From: an uncultured Candidatus Saccharibacteria bacterium
GTDB taxonomy: Bacteria > Patescibacteriota > Minisyncoccia > UBA6257 > 2-01-FULL-56-20
DNA: 64,000 nucleotides
Direction of reading: 5' to 3'
Assembly: GCA_964409535.1 (NCBI GenBank)
Contig: CAYPDQ010000001.1
Span: 22,993 to 86,992, forward strand
Shown here piece after piece: positions 1 to 9,788 of the stretch. Numbering within the stretch: position 1 is the first letter of the stretch; each line of letters opens with the position of its first letter. Both the position numbers and the translations under genes were made by a program. The notes under the pieces are model-generated. The model did not search any database. It had not been told where the DNA came from and worked only from the letters and a program-made list of their open reading frames with translations.

Positions 1-22
1 CTCACCGTGAGCAGGGCTACTT

Positions 23-1270
23 TTATTCGAGATTTACCGGAAAGTAAAATTCAATCCCCTTCTCAATTAAAGAGCGGTTATTGGCCAAAATTTCTTTCTT
101 GAAGTTCCACGCCAAGACGTAATAAACGTCCGGTGGCTCACTAAGCTCTTTCTCTATCACAATCGGGATATGCGAACCCGGCGAATACAATCCGCGGCGC
201 AATTCGTTCTTCTCAACCAGACAATCCAGGTAGTCGGTGCCTATACCGAAGTAGTTAAGCAGGGTGTTGCCCTTGACCGGAGCGCCAAATCCGAATATCC
301 GCTTGCCTGCCTTTTTCGCCTCGCCAAGATATTCAAGATTTTTCTTTTTCATTTCTTTAATCTTCTCTGCAAATTTCAAGTAGGTAGAAAGTTCGCCCAC
401 CTTCGCCTTTTCCTCCTCTCCGATAAGCGTTAAAAGACGTGGCGACTTCTCCCTCGCGTTCTTATGAGTGGCGAAGCCAACAATGGATCCGCCGTGCACC
501 GGCGCAAGATAGGCGTCGAAGAGCGACAACTCGTGAAGATTAAGCAGCGTTTCCAGGTTTCTAAGGTTGTAGTAGAGCAAATGTTCATGATAGATCTGGT
601 CAAAAGCCAGATTTTCCAAGATCTTTTTCATATATAAAAACTGCACCACGAAGATGCCGTCCTCCGCCAAAACCTCTCTTACTCCGTCGGTCACGGAATG
701 AAGTTCTTCCAGATGGAAGAACACTCCTGCCGCGTTAATAACATTAAACTTCCGGCCGAGCTTTCTCGCCGATTCCAGATTGAAAAATGCATGGACGGTA
801 GGAATGCCCGCATCCATCGCCATTTTGGCCGGGGCCTCCGCTGACTCCACGCCCAAAACGTCGTAGCCAAGCTCCTTAAAGTGTTTGAGCTGGGTTCCAT
901 CGTTGGAACCGATATCCAATACTGACTTTCCCGGAGTATCCTTGAAGAACGTCCCGTCCACCTCTTCGGCTACCGACTTAAAGTGGTCACTTAACGTTTT
1001 GGTGACGCCGGAAAGGTAGGTATGCTCGCCAAACATAACCTCCTTGGGAACCGTATAATCAAGCTGAGGCGTCCGGCAGTCCATACAGAAAACAACCCGC
1101 AGGGGATAAAACGGTTCCTTGCCCACCTCTTCTCTCTTCAAAAAATGGTTGCCCCACGGCTGGAAACCGAGGTCCACCGCCGGCTCCAGCTTGGGAGAGC
1201 CACATACCCGGCATTCTTTTATGAGCCGTTCGGGGTCGCAGACGATGTTTTTGGTGATTGATTTTTCCAT
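23..1270 (-). CDS. NDP-hexose C-methyltransferase (TylC3-like class I SAM MTase with N-terminal Cys-rich zinc-binding domain and C-methyltransferase C-terminal domain)
   Basis: 415-aa ORF. N-terminal CxxC...CxxC cluster (CRVCGS...CMDCRT), a central SAM-binding motif (VLDIGSNDG) and a long C-terminal domain typical of the sugar C-3/C-5 methyltransferase family. Divergent from the adjacent dehydratase gene. Confidence 0.7.
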   Translation of the reverse strand: MEKSITKNIVCDPERLIKECRVCGSPKLEPAVDLGFQPWGNHFLKREEVGKEPFYPLRVVFCMDCRTPQLDYTVPKEVMFGEHTYLSGVTKTLSDHFKSVAEEVDGTFFKDTPGKSVLDIGSNDGTQLKHFKELGYDVLGVESAEAPAKMAMDAGIPTVHAFFNLESARKLGRKFNVINAAGVFFHLEELHSVTDGVREVLAEDGIFVVQFLYMKKILENLAFDQIYHEHLLYYNLRNLETLLNLHELSLFDAYLAPVHGGSIVGFATHKNAREKSPRLLTLIGEEEKAKVGELSTYLKFAEKIKEMKKKNLEYLGEAKKAGKRIFGFGAPVKGNTLLNYFGIGTDYLDCLVEKNELRRGLYSPGSHIPIVIEKELSEPPDVYYVLAWNFKKEILANNRSLIEKGIEFYFPVNLE

Positions 1271-1302
1271 ATATTTAGGGTATTTTCTATGAAAACATAT
1301 AT

Positions 1303-2364
1303 ATGCCTAAGTTGAAAGGTAAGACCATCCTCATAACCGGCGGAGCGGGCTTTATTGGGAGCAATGCAGTGGAATACTTCTTTAACAAGTACCCCAATTG
1401 CACTTTTATTGTACTGGACGCTTTGACCTACGCAGGTGATGTAAAAAACATCCCGCAAAACATTCGCAACAGTAAGAACTTCAGATTTTGGTACGGAAAC
1501 GTCAGGAACGCAAAGTTGGTCGAGCATTTGGTGTCCCAATCGGACATCATCATTCATTTCGCCGCCGAAACCCACGTTGCGAGGTCGATTTTTGACGACT
1601 TGAGCTTCTTCGAAACCGACGTCATGGGCACGCAAACCATCGCGAACGCCGTACTGCACAACAAGCGCAAAATTGAAAAATTCATCCACATCTCAACCAG
1701 CGAAGTGTACGGCACCGCGCTCACGCCAAAGATGGGCGAAAATCATCCCCTGAACCCTCAAAGCCCCTACGCCGCCGCCAAGGCCGGCGCCGACCGCCTT
1801 GTCTATTCGTACTTGAGCACCTACCGAATACCGGCCGTGATCGTCAGGCCTTTCAATATATTCGGACCGCGCCAGCATTTGGAAAAATTGATTCCCCGCT
1901 TCGTCACCAGCTGCATTTTAAACGAACCCCTGACTATTCACGGGAGCGGTAAAAGCAGCCGGGACTTCACTTACGTTGAGGACTTGATAAGAGCCCTGGA
2001 TGCCGTCGTAACCGCGCCGGACAAGAAGGTTTTGGGCCAGGTTTTCAACGTAGGTTCCGGTAAAAGCTATTCGATCCGTCAAATCGCAAACCTCATCATT
2101 AAGGTTATAAACAACAGGAGCAGGCATATCAGGTACAGTCAATCCAGTATGAATATCGGCGACCGGCCAGGGCAAGTTTTCCGCCACACTGCAGACAACA
2201 GGAAGATCGGGAAGATATTGGGCTGGCACCCACGCGTTGACTTCAAAGAAGGACTGATCCGAACTATCGATTGGTATACGAGAAACGATGAGTGGTGGCG
2301 CGATAAGATATGGATGCGCCACGTGCCGATCGAAACCGAGGAAGGAAAGACGGAGATGCATTAG
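1303..2364 (+). CDS. NDP-glucose 4,6-dehydratase (extended SDR; dTDP- or CDP-glucose specific)
   Basis: TGGAGFIGS Rossmann motif, YxxxK catalytic region and a length of about 353 aa. Placement next to the E1-type 3-dehydrase suggests a CDP-glucose 4,6-dehydratase role. Confidence 0.8.
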   Translation: MPKLKGKTILITGGAGFIGSNAVEYFFNKYPNCTFIVLDALTYAGDVKNIPQNIRNSKNFRFWYGNVRNAKLVEHLVSQSDIIIHFAAETHVARSIFDDLSFFETDVMGTQTIANAVLHNKRKIEKFIHISTSEVYGTALTPKMGENHPLNPQSPYAAAKAGADRLVYSYLSTYRIPAVIVRPFNIFGPRQHLEKLIPRFVTSCILNEPLTIHGSGKSSRDFTYVEDLIRALDAVVTAPDKKVLGQVFNVGSGKSYSIRQIANLIIKVINNRSRHIRYSQSSMNIGDRPGQVFRHTADNRKIGKILGWHPRVDFKEGLIRTIDWYTRNDEWWRDKIWMRHVPIETEEGKTEMH

Positions 2365-2387
2365 TCCGAGCAAGTCCCGGCCAGAAA

Positions 2388-3623
2388 ATGGGTCCTTCTC
2401 TTAAAAATAAAAAGTTTGTGGCGGGAAAAGATTGGATCTGGTACGCGCCGAACGGCGAGGACGCATTCGGTGATCCTGAAATAAGAGCCGTAACAGATAC
2501 CTTGAAAAAAGGGTGGCTTACAGTCGGAAGAGTAACGGCAGAATTCGAAAACAAAATCGCCCGCCTTTTTGGAAAGAAATACGGCCTTTTTACGAATTCC
2601 GGCTCCTCTGCAAATCTCTTGGCTTTTGCAGTCAGTGGATTTCCAAGGGGCAGCGAGGTGATCACTCCGGCGTGCAACTTCAACACGACAGTGGCGCCAA
2701 TCGTCCAAATGGGCCTGGTACCGGTATTCGTGGACGTAGAAATGGGAAGATACGTGATAGACCCTTCCGTGCTCAAGAAAGCTTTGTCCAAAAGAACCGT
2801 AGCGGTAATGGCGCCGCATCTCATTGGCAACTTCGTTGATCTTCAAAAAATCCGGTCTTTCACAAAGAGGCACGGTTTGGTTTTCATTGAAGACAGCTGC
2901 GACACCATCGGCGGCCTTTTCGACCGCAAAAGATCGGGTGCCTGGAGCGACATCACTACTACAAGTTTCTACGCTTCCCACATAATCACAACCGGCGGCG
3001 CTGGCGGAATGCTGATGACCAACGATAGGAATATAAGAGAAAGGGCCCGTGTTTTAAGGGATTGGGGAAGGGGGATTTCCCGGCACGACGAGAAAATCCG
3101 CTCTCGTCTTTCCACTTTCAGGATTGACGGGAAGCCATACGACAGCGCTTTCGTGTTCGTTGAGCAGGGCTATAATTTCAAACCTACGGAAATGCAAGCT
3201 GCCTTCGGACTGCAGCAACTAAGCCGTTTGTCTAAATTCGCCGGGATTCGCCGCCGTAACTTTAAAAAACTCTTCAACTTCTTCAAGCGGTTTGAAAATT
3301 ACTTTGTGCTGCCGCAAGAAACCCTCAATACCAAAACGAATTGGTTGGCCTTCCCCTTGACGGTAAGAAAATCAGCACCCTTCAAGCGGAACGAAATCGT
3401 CAAATACCTGGAAGACCGCAAAATTCAAACCCGCCCTCTTTTCTCGGGAAATATATTGAAACACCCGGCGTACAGGAACATAAAGCACCGAAGGGTAGGC
3501 AACCTGGAGAATTCGCAGTACATTCTTGAACAATCGTTTTTGATCGGTTTGCACCATGGCCTGAACGACAAAATGCTGGGGTATATGTTTGAGGTGTTCG
3601 ATAATTTTCTAAGTATAAAGTAA
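2388..3623 (+). CDS. DegT/DnrJ/EryC1-family PMP-dependent NDP-4-keto-6-deoxyhexose 3-dehydrase (E1; RfbH/DdhC-like)
   Basis: The frame is open from 2310, but a start at ATG 2388 (MGPSLKNKK...) avoids overlap with the upstream gene. The length (about 411 aa from ATG 2388; 437 for the full ORF from 2310) and the motif layout match the aminotransferase-fold class V family and the RfbH-type 3-dehydrases. Confidence 0.7.
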   Translation: MGPSLKNKKFVAGKDWIWYAPNGEDAFGDPEIRAVTDTLKKGWLTVGRVTAEFENKIARLFGKKYGLFTNSGSSANLLAFAVSGFPRGSEVITPACNFNTTVAPIVQMGLVPVFVDVEMGRYVIDPSVLKKALSKRTVAVMAPHLIGNFVDLQKIRSFTKRHGLVFIEDSCDTIGGLFDRKRSGAWSDITTTSFYASHIITTGGAGGMLMTNDRNIRERARVLRDWGRGISRHDEKIRSRLSTFRIDGKPYDSAFVFVEQGYNFKPTEMQAAFGLQQLSRLSKFAGIRRRNFKKLFNFFKRFENYFVLPQETLNTKTNWLAFPLTVRKSAPFKRNEIVKYLEDRKIQTRPLFSGNILKHPAYRNIKHRRVGNLENSQYILEQSFLIGLHHGLNDKMLGYMFEVFDNFLSIK

Positions 3624-3628
3624 ACAAG

Positions 3629-4561
3629 GTGAAAAAAATCCTGATAACAGGTGGGGCTGGTTTCGTCGGTTCCAACTTCGTTCACGCCCTTACCAAGTCG
3701 GGCGACGAGGTAAATTTAATTGTCAGACCCGAATCCGATCTTTGGCGGATAGAATCGGTCAAAAGCAAGTTGCAACTACACACCTTAGACCTGACCAAGG
3801 CCGAGGAGATAAAAGCATTCGTCGGCAACCTAAAACCGGAGATCATTCTGCATTTCGCAGCTTACGGAGCGTATCCCGGCAGGCCCGCTGACCCTCAAAC
3901 AATGATCTTGACGAACATATTAGGAACTGCAAACCTCTTGGAGGCGTGCGCGGAAACCGGATTTAAGTGCTTTATAAACACCGGCAGCAGTTCGGAATAC
4001 GGCGAAAAAGATCACCCAATTTCAGAAAAAGACTTGCTGGAACCGAACAACCTGTACGGGGTCAGTAAAGCCGCAGGCACCCTGTTCTGCCAGCTGATAG
4101 CAAGAAAAACTGGGTTGCCCATAATCACCGCGCGGCTTTTCTCTCCGTACGGTTATTTTGAAGAAGGCGGTCGTCTAATGCCGAACCTCGCTCAAGCCGC
4201 GCTTGGCGACAAAGAATTCAACGCTCTTTCCCCCGCCGCAGTGCGAGATTTCGTCTTCATAGAGGATGTTATAGATGCCTATATGAAAATGATTAATAGC
4301 CCAGATAGAATCAAGGGGCAGATTTTTAACATCGCATCCGGAAAGCAGTACTCTATCGCCGAGGTGGTCGCGGCAGTGGAAAAAATACTGAATAAGAAAA
4401 TACAAGTCACGTATGGGAAGGTGGAGGCAAAACAACGTGAGCCGAAAATGTGGGTTGCGGATATCTCTAAAGCAAGGGAGGTTCTCGGGTGGTCTCCCGC
4501 TCACTCCTTGGAAGACGGATTGCGCAAGTATATTACTTGGGCTGTCGAAACGAACTCATGA
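3629..4561 (+). CDS. NAD(P)-dependent epimerase/reductase, SDR family (CDP-paratose/abequose synthase-like)
   Basis: GTG start. ILITGGAGFVGSN Rossmann motif, about 310 aa. Its stop overlaps the next ATG (ATGA). Confidence 0.7.
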   Translation: MKKILITGGAGFVGSNFVHALTKSGDEVNLIVRPESDLWRIESVKSKLQLHTLDLTKAEEIKAFVGNLKPEIILHFAAYGAYPGRPADPQTMILTNILGTANLLEACAETGFKCFINTGSSSEYGEKDHPISEKDLLEPNNLYGVSKAAGTLFCQLIARKTGLPIITARLFSPYGYFEEGGRLMPNLAQAALGDKEFNALSPAAVRDFVFIEDVIDAYMKMINSPDRIKGQIFNIASGKQYSIAEVVAAVEKILNKKIQVTYGKVEAKQREPKMWVADISKAREVLGWSPAHSLEDGLRKYITWAVETNS

Positions 4562-5373
4562 TAAAAAAGGACCTGAAAAAGATCGCGAAAGAAGTAAGAC
4601 TGTCGGTCTTGGAGATGATCTCTCGCACGAAAACCGCGCACATAGGCAGCAGTTCCTCCGCTATAGAAATCTTAATCTCTCTATATTTTGAAGTACTAAA
4701 CGTTGATCCGGGCGATCCTTCGAATCCGAACCGGGATCGATTTATTTTGAGCAAAGGTCACGCCGCGGCCGGGCTCTACGCCACCCTGGCCGCAAAAGGA
4801 TTTATAGAAAAGGAGGATCTGAACAAGTACTACGCAAACGGCAGTTTTTTGCCCGGCCACGTAAGTCGGGGCAATATACCGGGAATTGAGGCGTCTACCG
4901 GCTCATTGGGGCACGGTCTGCCGATCGGAACCGGGATGGCGTGGCTGGCAAAAAAAGATGGTCGGCGACACCGCGTTTTCGTTCTCTTGAGCGATGGCGA
5001 ATGCGATGAGGGCTCTACTTGGGAAGCCGTTCTTTTTGCCGGACACCACAGATTAGATAACTTAGTCGCGATCATAGATTACAACAAGTGGCAATCGTTC
5101 GGACGAACCGAAGATATTTTGGATTTAGAACCGTTGGCAGAAAAATGGAGGGCTTTCAACTGGTCGGTCCGAGAAGTAGACGGGCACGATGTGGAAAGAA
5201 TCGTTTCGGTATTGAAGCAAGTCCCCTTTGAGGCATCTCGTCCCAGTGCCGTTATCGCTCACACGGTAAAGGGCAAGGGCTTGCCCTCTTTGGAGGACAA
5301 GCTGGAGTCGCATTACCTTTCCCCGTCCACTGAAGAAATCGAGAAAATCAAAGAAGAGCTTAACCGGCAATGA
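4558..5373 (+). CDS. Transketolase, N-terminal (ThDP-binding) subunit
   Basis: ThDP-binding region GDGECDEG and HxxxGxxLP-like motifs; about 271 aa. Start ATG at 4558 coupled to the upstream stop. Confidence 0.8.
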   Translation: MIKKDLKKIAKEVRLSVLEMISRTKTAHIGSSSSAIEILISLYFEVLNVDPGDPSNPNRDRFILSKGHAAAGLYATLAAKGFIEKEDLNKYYANGSFLPGHVSRGNIPGIEASTGSLGHGLPIGTGMAWLAKKDGRRHRVFVLLSDGECDEGSTWEAVLFAGHHRLDNLVAIIDYNKWQSFGRTEDILDLEPLAEKWRAFNWSVREVDGHDVERIVSVLKQVPFEASRPSAVIAHTVKGKGLPSLEDKLESHYLSPSTEEIEKIKEELNRQ

Positions 5374-6299
5374 GAAAAGCGTTTGTCAGCGCATTAACCG
5401 AGTTGGCCAGGGATAATAAAGACGTCTTCCTTTTAACCGGGGACCTTGGTTTCTCCGTTTTCGAGGATTTTATAAAAATCTTTCCAGGCCAATATTTGAA
5501 CTGCGGTGTTGCCGAACAAAATATGGTCGGAATGGCTGCCGGCCTAGCCATGAACGGCAAGCATGTTTTCGTATATTCAATAGTTCCTTTCGCGACAATG
5601 AGACCTTTTGAGCAGATCAGGAACGACGTTTGCTTGCACAATTTGGGAGTGAAAATAGTAGGCGTGGGCGGCGGATACAGCTACGGCCAACTTGGCGCCA
5701 CGCACCACGCCCTGGAAGATATAGCTATCATGAAAACCCTGCCGAATATGAGGGTTTTCGTGCCGGCGGATCCCATTGAAACGGCCTTGGCCGTTCGCGC
5801 AATTGCCTTTGACGGTCAACCGGCGTACCTGCGGCTCGGCAAGAGCAAAGAGGAAAATCTACATCCAGCACCGTTTGAACTGCAAGTAGGCAAAGCTAAC
5901 GTACTAAGAAACGGCGGCGATTTGACTGTCATCGGCGCCGGGCCCATTCTGCGCAATGCGCTGGGGGCGGCAGAAATTTTATCCGGCCAAGGCATAAACT
6001 GCAGAGTAATTTCCATGACAACGGTGAAACCCTTGGATAAGGATGAGATTATAAGAAGCGCGGGTATGGGCCCTCTCGTCACGGTAGAAGAACATAGCAT
6101 CATCGGCGGCCTCGGAGAATCCGTCGCTGCCGTCCTGACAGAAGCAAATTTAAATTGCGGCTTCAAAAAAATAGGGGTGGAAGACAAATTTATGAAAGTA
6201 GTCGGCGATCAGGACTACCTGCGCGAGCAGAACAAGCTCGGTCCGAGACAACTGGCTGAATCAATATCCGCTTTCTACAATACTATTTCAAAGAAATGA
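5370..6299 (+). CDS. Transketolase, C-terminal (pyrimidine-binding) subunit
   Basis: 309-aa ORF with transketolase Pyr and C-terminal domain features. Its start overlaps the stop of the N-terminal subunit, as in split transketolases. Confidence 0.8.
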   Translation: MRKAFVSALTELARDNKDVFLLTGDLGFSVFEDFIKIFPGQYLNCGVAEQNMVGMAAGLAMNGKHVFVYSIVPFATMRPFEQIRNDVCLHNLGVKIVGVGGGYSYGQLGATHHALEDIAIMKTLPNMRVFVPADPIETALAVRAIAFDGQPAYLRLGKSKEENLHPAPFELQVGKANVLRNGGDLTVIGAGPILRNALGAAEILSGQGINCRVISMTTVKPLDKDEIIRSAGMGPLVTVEEHSIIGGLGESVAAVLTEANLNCGFKKIGVEDKFMKVVGDQDYLREQNKLGPRQLAESISAFYNTISKK

Positions 6300-7258
6300 A
6301 TATTCTTCTTAGTATTTGCATTCCTACGTACAACCAAGTTGGTGAGTTGCGCGAGACCCTCAAAAGCCTCGTGCCCCAACTGAAGGAAGAAGTTGAAGTG
6401 GTAATCGGGGACGACAGTGATAACCTGGACTCCTCCGAAATGATCAAGAGAGAATTCAGCTCTTACCCGATCCGCCACTTCAAAAACGAAAAGCGTCTGG
6501 GTTTTGACAAGAATCTTCTATTCGTCACCGGCCAGGCGCGCGGCCGCTATATCTGGTGGTTCGGCGACGATGTTTTTGAACCAGATGCTCTATCTTATAT
6601 CTTGCCTGTCCTAAAACGGGATCCGGAGATATCTTTCCTATGGGTCAATTCCATCAACTCTTCTTCTTCGGGTCACCGCTTTCCCAGCCTGCCCTACACG
6701 AAAGACAAGATATGGCCGGACGGCAACGAGGTTCTAAAAGATGCTTCAAATCTTCTTGCTTTTGTCTCCGCGATTGTCTTTCGAAAGGAAGATATCGCTG
6801 ATCTAAACGTGGAAAAAATGGAAAAAATCGTGGATCTTGGGTTTATCAATCTTCACATCGTGCTTCATCTTCTTTCAAAGAAAAATAAATTTTATTGTGT
6901 CAGCAAGCCCTTGTTTGAAGTAAAACCTACCGCGCCCGGGATGCACAATTACAATCGTTTTCAAGTTTTGGGCATAAATTACTGTAAAGTTGCTTCCGCG
7001 TTCCGTGGTAAATTCGCTAGAAAATCAATGAGGGTTTTGCTGGCAAATAACTTTGGCCACGTGTGGCGCGGGGTGCTTGTGGGATGGCTGCGGGGATATG
7101 ACACGCCTCGCGGAAAAACCGGGGCGGTCTTAAGGTATTACTGGAGCTTTCCTGAAGCGTGGGCTGCAATGCTTCTCTTTTTGATGCCGAAGTTCGTAAC
7201 CCGGTTTTCGTATTTTTTCTATAAACGAATCCTGCGTCGGACCTATTCTACTGCTTGA
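6296..7258 (+). CDS. Glycosyltransferase family 2
   Basis: N-terminal ICIPTYNQ...DDSD motif typical of GT-A/GT2 enzymes. Confidence 0.75.
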   Translation: MNILLSICIPTYNQVGELRETLKSLVPQLKEEVEVVIGDDSDNLDSSEMIKREFSSYPIRHFKNEKRLGFDKNLLFVTGQARGRYIWWFGDDVFEPDALSYILPVLKRDPEISFLWVNSINSSSSGHRFPSLPYTKDKIWPDGNEVLKDASNLLAFVSAIVFRKEDIADLNVEKMEKIVDLGFINLHIVLHLLSKKNKFYCVSKPLFEVKPTAPGMHNYNRFQVLGINYCKVASAFRGKFARKSMRVLLANNFGHVWRGVLVGWLRGYDTPRGKTGAVLRYYWSFPEAWAAMLLFLMPKFVTRFSYFFYKRILRRTYSTA

Positions 7259-7276
7259 AAAACCCCTTAGGGACGA

Positions 7277-8482
7277 TCACTTCGTCTCATACTGCTCCTC
7301 CACATAACCTTTGCGAAGCCAGGAGGGAAATCGGTATGTCCGCCCGAACCCGCCCATCTCTCTTATTATTTTCGGAATGACAAGGCTTCTGTGTTCCGTA
7401 CCAGAAAATAAACGCGCCTGATGTTCATGGTTTATACTAAGCAGATACTTTGAGCACCTTTTAACTTTGTTCAAATAATCCTCAACAACTTCCTTCCCCA
7501 TCTCAGGAAAGGAGTCCTGGTTAAAAACCAAACCATGCTTTTTGTTGCCGAATTCCCAATAGGGTAAGATGCGAATGGCCTTCCCCTCATCGGGTTCTCC
7601 GTACAGAACAAGCTTAGCGTCCGGCAGCGCTTTGATCAGATGCCACGCTGTCATCACATTCATAACCGGGAGATCAAAAAGAGAATAGTCCCGGAAGCCA
7701 AATCTATGCGCATATACTGCAACTTTACCCAGCCCACCTCCGATTTCCCCAACGGGGGTCTCACTCCCCACTATACTGCTAATTCTCCACGCTGCATAAA
7801 GAGATTGTAGGTCCCGGAATTCAAACAACCCGCTCCTTAGTTCCAATTTAAACAAACCCCCGTCAACCTCGGGCGGAGCGATTTTTATACTCAACTTCTT
7901 TTCTATCTTTTCCACCAACCAATCGGGGTCCGCGTAGATATTCTTCTTTGCAACGTATGGAATGACTGTTTCGTAGGGCAAAATATCCAACGCTTCGGCA
8001 AGCGAAACAAGTATATCTTTTATCAGCGCGGCTTCCCTCCTCCTCAAGTAAGAACTTTTTCTCAAACTCCGGTACTCGGCAACATTACCCGACACACCAT
8101 ATGTGGATTTCCACCGATGCATGTTAGAGAGATAATCCGCGAGAGATTGCGAATCTTCGTCAAGAAGTATTTTAAGCAGCTCACTATGGTACGTCTTCCT
8201 GTTATCGTCCCACGCATCCGGGTATGCTTTTTGTGGTGCATATTTCTCCTCATCCGAGGATGCCCTACGAAAGGCTCCTAAGATTCTCTCTGCTACGGCG
8301 CGGTCCCTCTCACTGGTGTTAAATATAGACACACTTAACTTGCCGTAAGGAAACCCTTCGGGCATAGGATGAAAAAAGAGGTTTCTGTCGTATCGGACGA
8401 AAAATCTTTTAAAGACCTTCATTAGAAGAAGAGGCATACCCCCTTCTTCCAATACGAACTTTATCCTTGAGAAAATTCCCAT
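7277..8482 (-). CDS. Class I SAM-dependent methyltransferase-like protein (putative sugar O-methyltransferase), paralog A
   Basis: 401 aa with an EIGGGLGK glycine-rich SAM-binding motif. About 50% identical to the divergently transcribed ORF at 8566-9786. Confidence 0.5.
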   Translation of the reverse strand: MGIFSRIKFVLEEGGMPLLLMKVFKRFFVRYDRNLFFHPMPEGFPYGKLSVSIFNTSERDRAVAERILGAFRRASSDEEKYAPQKAYPDAWDDNRKTYHSELLKILLDEDSQSLADYLSNMHRWKSTYGVSGNVAEYRSLRKSSYLRRREAALIKDILVSLAEALDILPYETVIPYVAKKNIYADPDWLVEKIEKKLSIKIAPPEVDGGLFKLELRSGLFEFRDLQSLYAAWRISSIVGSETPVGEIGGGLGKVAVYAHRFGFRDYSLFDLPVMNVMTAWHLIKALPDAKLVLYGEPDEGKAIRILPYWEFGNKKHGLVFNQDSFPEMGKEVVEDYLNKVKRCSKYLLSINHEHQARLFSGTEHRSLVIPKIIREMGGFGRTYRFPSWLRKGYVEEQYETK

Positions 8483-8565
8483 TCCATAAATTAAAAGTCG
8501 AATTTATCCGGTTGTAAACCCATTATTTGCGAGCCATGGAGCGCTCTGATAGGATTTAGACGAAA

Positions 8566-9786
8566 GTGAAAGTACTTATCCAAGCAAAAAAAGCGATAAA
8601 CGAAGGAGGGTTGCCGCTCCTATTTGAAAAAATATGGCGGAAACTTCGAACGAGCTACCTGTACTACTTCGCTCCCGCTCACCAGATGCCGAAGGGCTTA
8701 CCTTCGGTACGCGTGGAATTCACAATAACGACGCCCGCCAAGGACGACGTTTTGATAGCAAAGAGAATACTGGCAGCTTTCCAGAAGGCATCTAAAGATG
8801 AGGGCGAACACGCAAATCTCCATAAGTCCGACAAGGATTCATGGGATAATATCGGGAACCAATACCATGCGGATTTCTACCGGATTCTATTTGCAAACGA
8901 TGCGTATCAGGTTGCTGATCGTCTGCGCAATATGCATTCGGACAAGTTGACGTTCGGAATATCGGGTGGTTCAACCGAGTACAATGATCTAATATCCAGC
9001 GCGAGGCTTAGAAGCGAAAAGGGGGTTATTGTAAAAGACATTCTTGTCTCTTTTGCCGAAACGTTAGGAATCTTGCCATACGAAACCAACGTACCGTATA
9101 TGGCAAAAAAGAACATTTATGCCGATTCCGACTGGCTCGTTGACGAAATCGAAAAGAAGATCGGTATCTCTATCATCCCGCCGGAAATCGACGGCGGGTT
9201 GTTCAAGCTCAGGCTAAAGAAAGGATTGTTTGATATGCGAGACCTTTGGTCTTTATATGCAGCCTGGCGTATCAGTCGGATTATCAAAACAAAATCCCGA
9301 GTATGCGAAATCGGTGCAGGCTTGGGCAAATCCGCTTTGTATGCAGACAGGTTCGGCTTTCGGGACTACGCCATTTTTGACCTGCCCATCATCAACGCCG
9401 TCCAAGCTTGGTATCTAATCAAGGCCCTGCCCAAAAGAGCCATTGTGCTCTATGGCGAAAAGCGCGACGAAAAAGATTCTATTAAAATAATGCCTTACTG
9501 GAAATTTATGGAAGGGACCGATTTCTACGAATTGGTGCTGAATGAAGATTCATTCCCCGAAATCGACCGAGAAGTAGTGGACAAGTACTTACAGAAAATG
9601 AAAGAGCGTGCAAGATACTTCTTGAGCATCAACCAGGAATTCGGAGCTCCTGCTTTTGCGGGTGCCAGTCAGAACCACCAAATTGTTCCACACAGGGTTG
9701 AAACTTCGGGTGGATATAAAAGAATCCACCGCTTTCCCTTCTGGCTAAGGAAGGGCTACGTAGAGGAACTGTATGAGATACCATAG
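8566..9786 (+). CDS. Class I SAM-dependent methyltransferase-like protein (putative sugar O-methyltransferase), paralog B
   Basis: 406 aa with an EIGAGLGK motif and the same C-terminal ...RFPFWLRKGYVEELYE ending as paralog A. Confidence 0.5.
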   Translation: MKVLIQAKKAINEGGLPLLFEKIWRKLRTSYLYYFAPAHQMPKGLPSVRVEFTITTPAKDDVLIAKRILAAFQKASKDEGEHANLHKSDKDSWDNIGNQYHADFYRILFANDAYQVADRLRNMHSDKLTFGISGGSTEYNDLISSARLRSEKGVIVKDILVSFAETLGILPYETNVPYMAKKNIYADSDWLVDEIEKKIGISIIPPEIDGGLFKLRLKKGLFDMRDLWSLYAAWRISRIIKTKSRVCEIGAGLGKSALYADRFGFRDYAIFDLPIINAVQAWYLIKALPKRAIVLYGEKRDEKDSIKIMPYWKFMEGTDFYELVLNEDSFPEIDREVVDKYLQKMKERARYFLSINQEFGAPAFAGASQNHQIVPHRVETSGGYKRIHRFPFWLRKGYVEELYEIP

Positions 9787-9788
9787 TA

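Noticed and set aside
2310-2387. Upstream extension of the E1 dehydrase ORF overlapping the dehydratase gene
   Set aside because: The Arg/Asp-rich 26 codons overlap the 3' end of the preceding gene. ATG 2388 gives a normal N-terminus and intergenic spacing.
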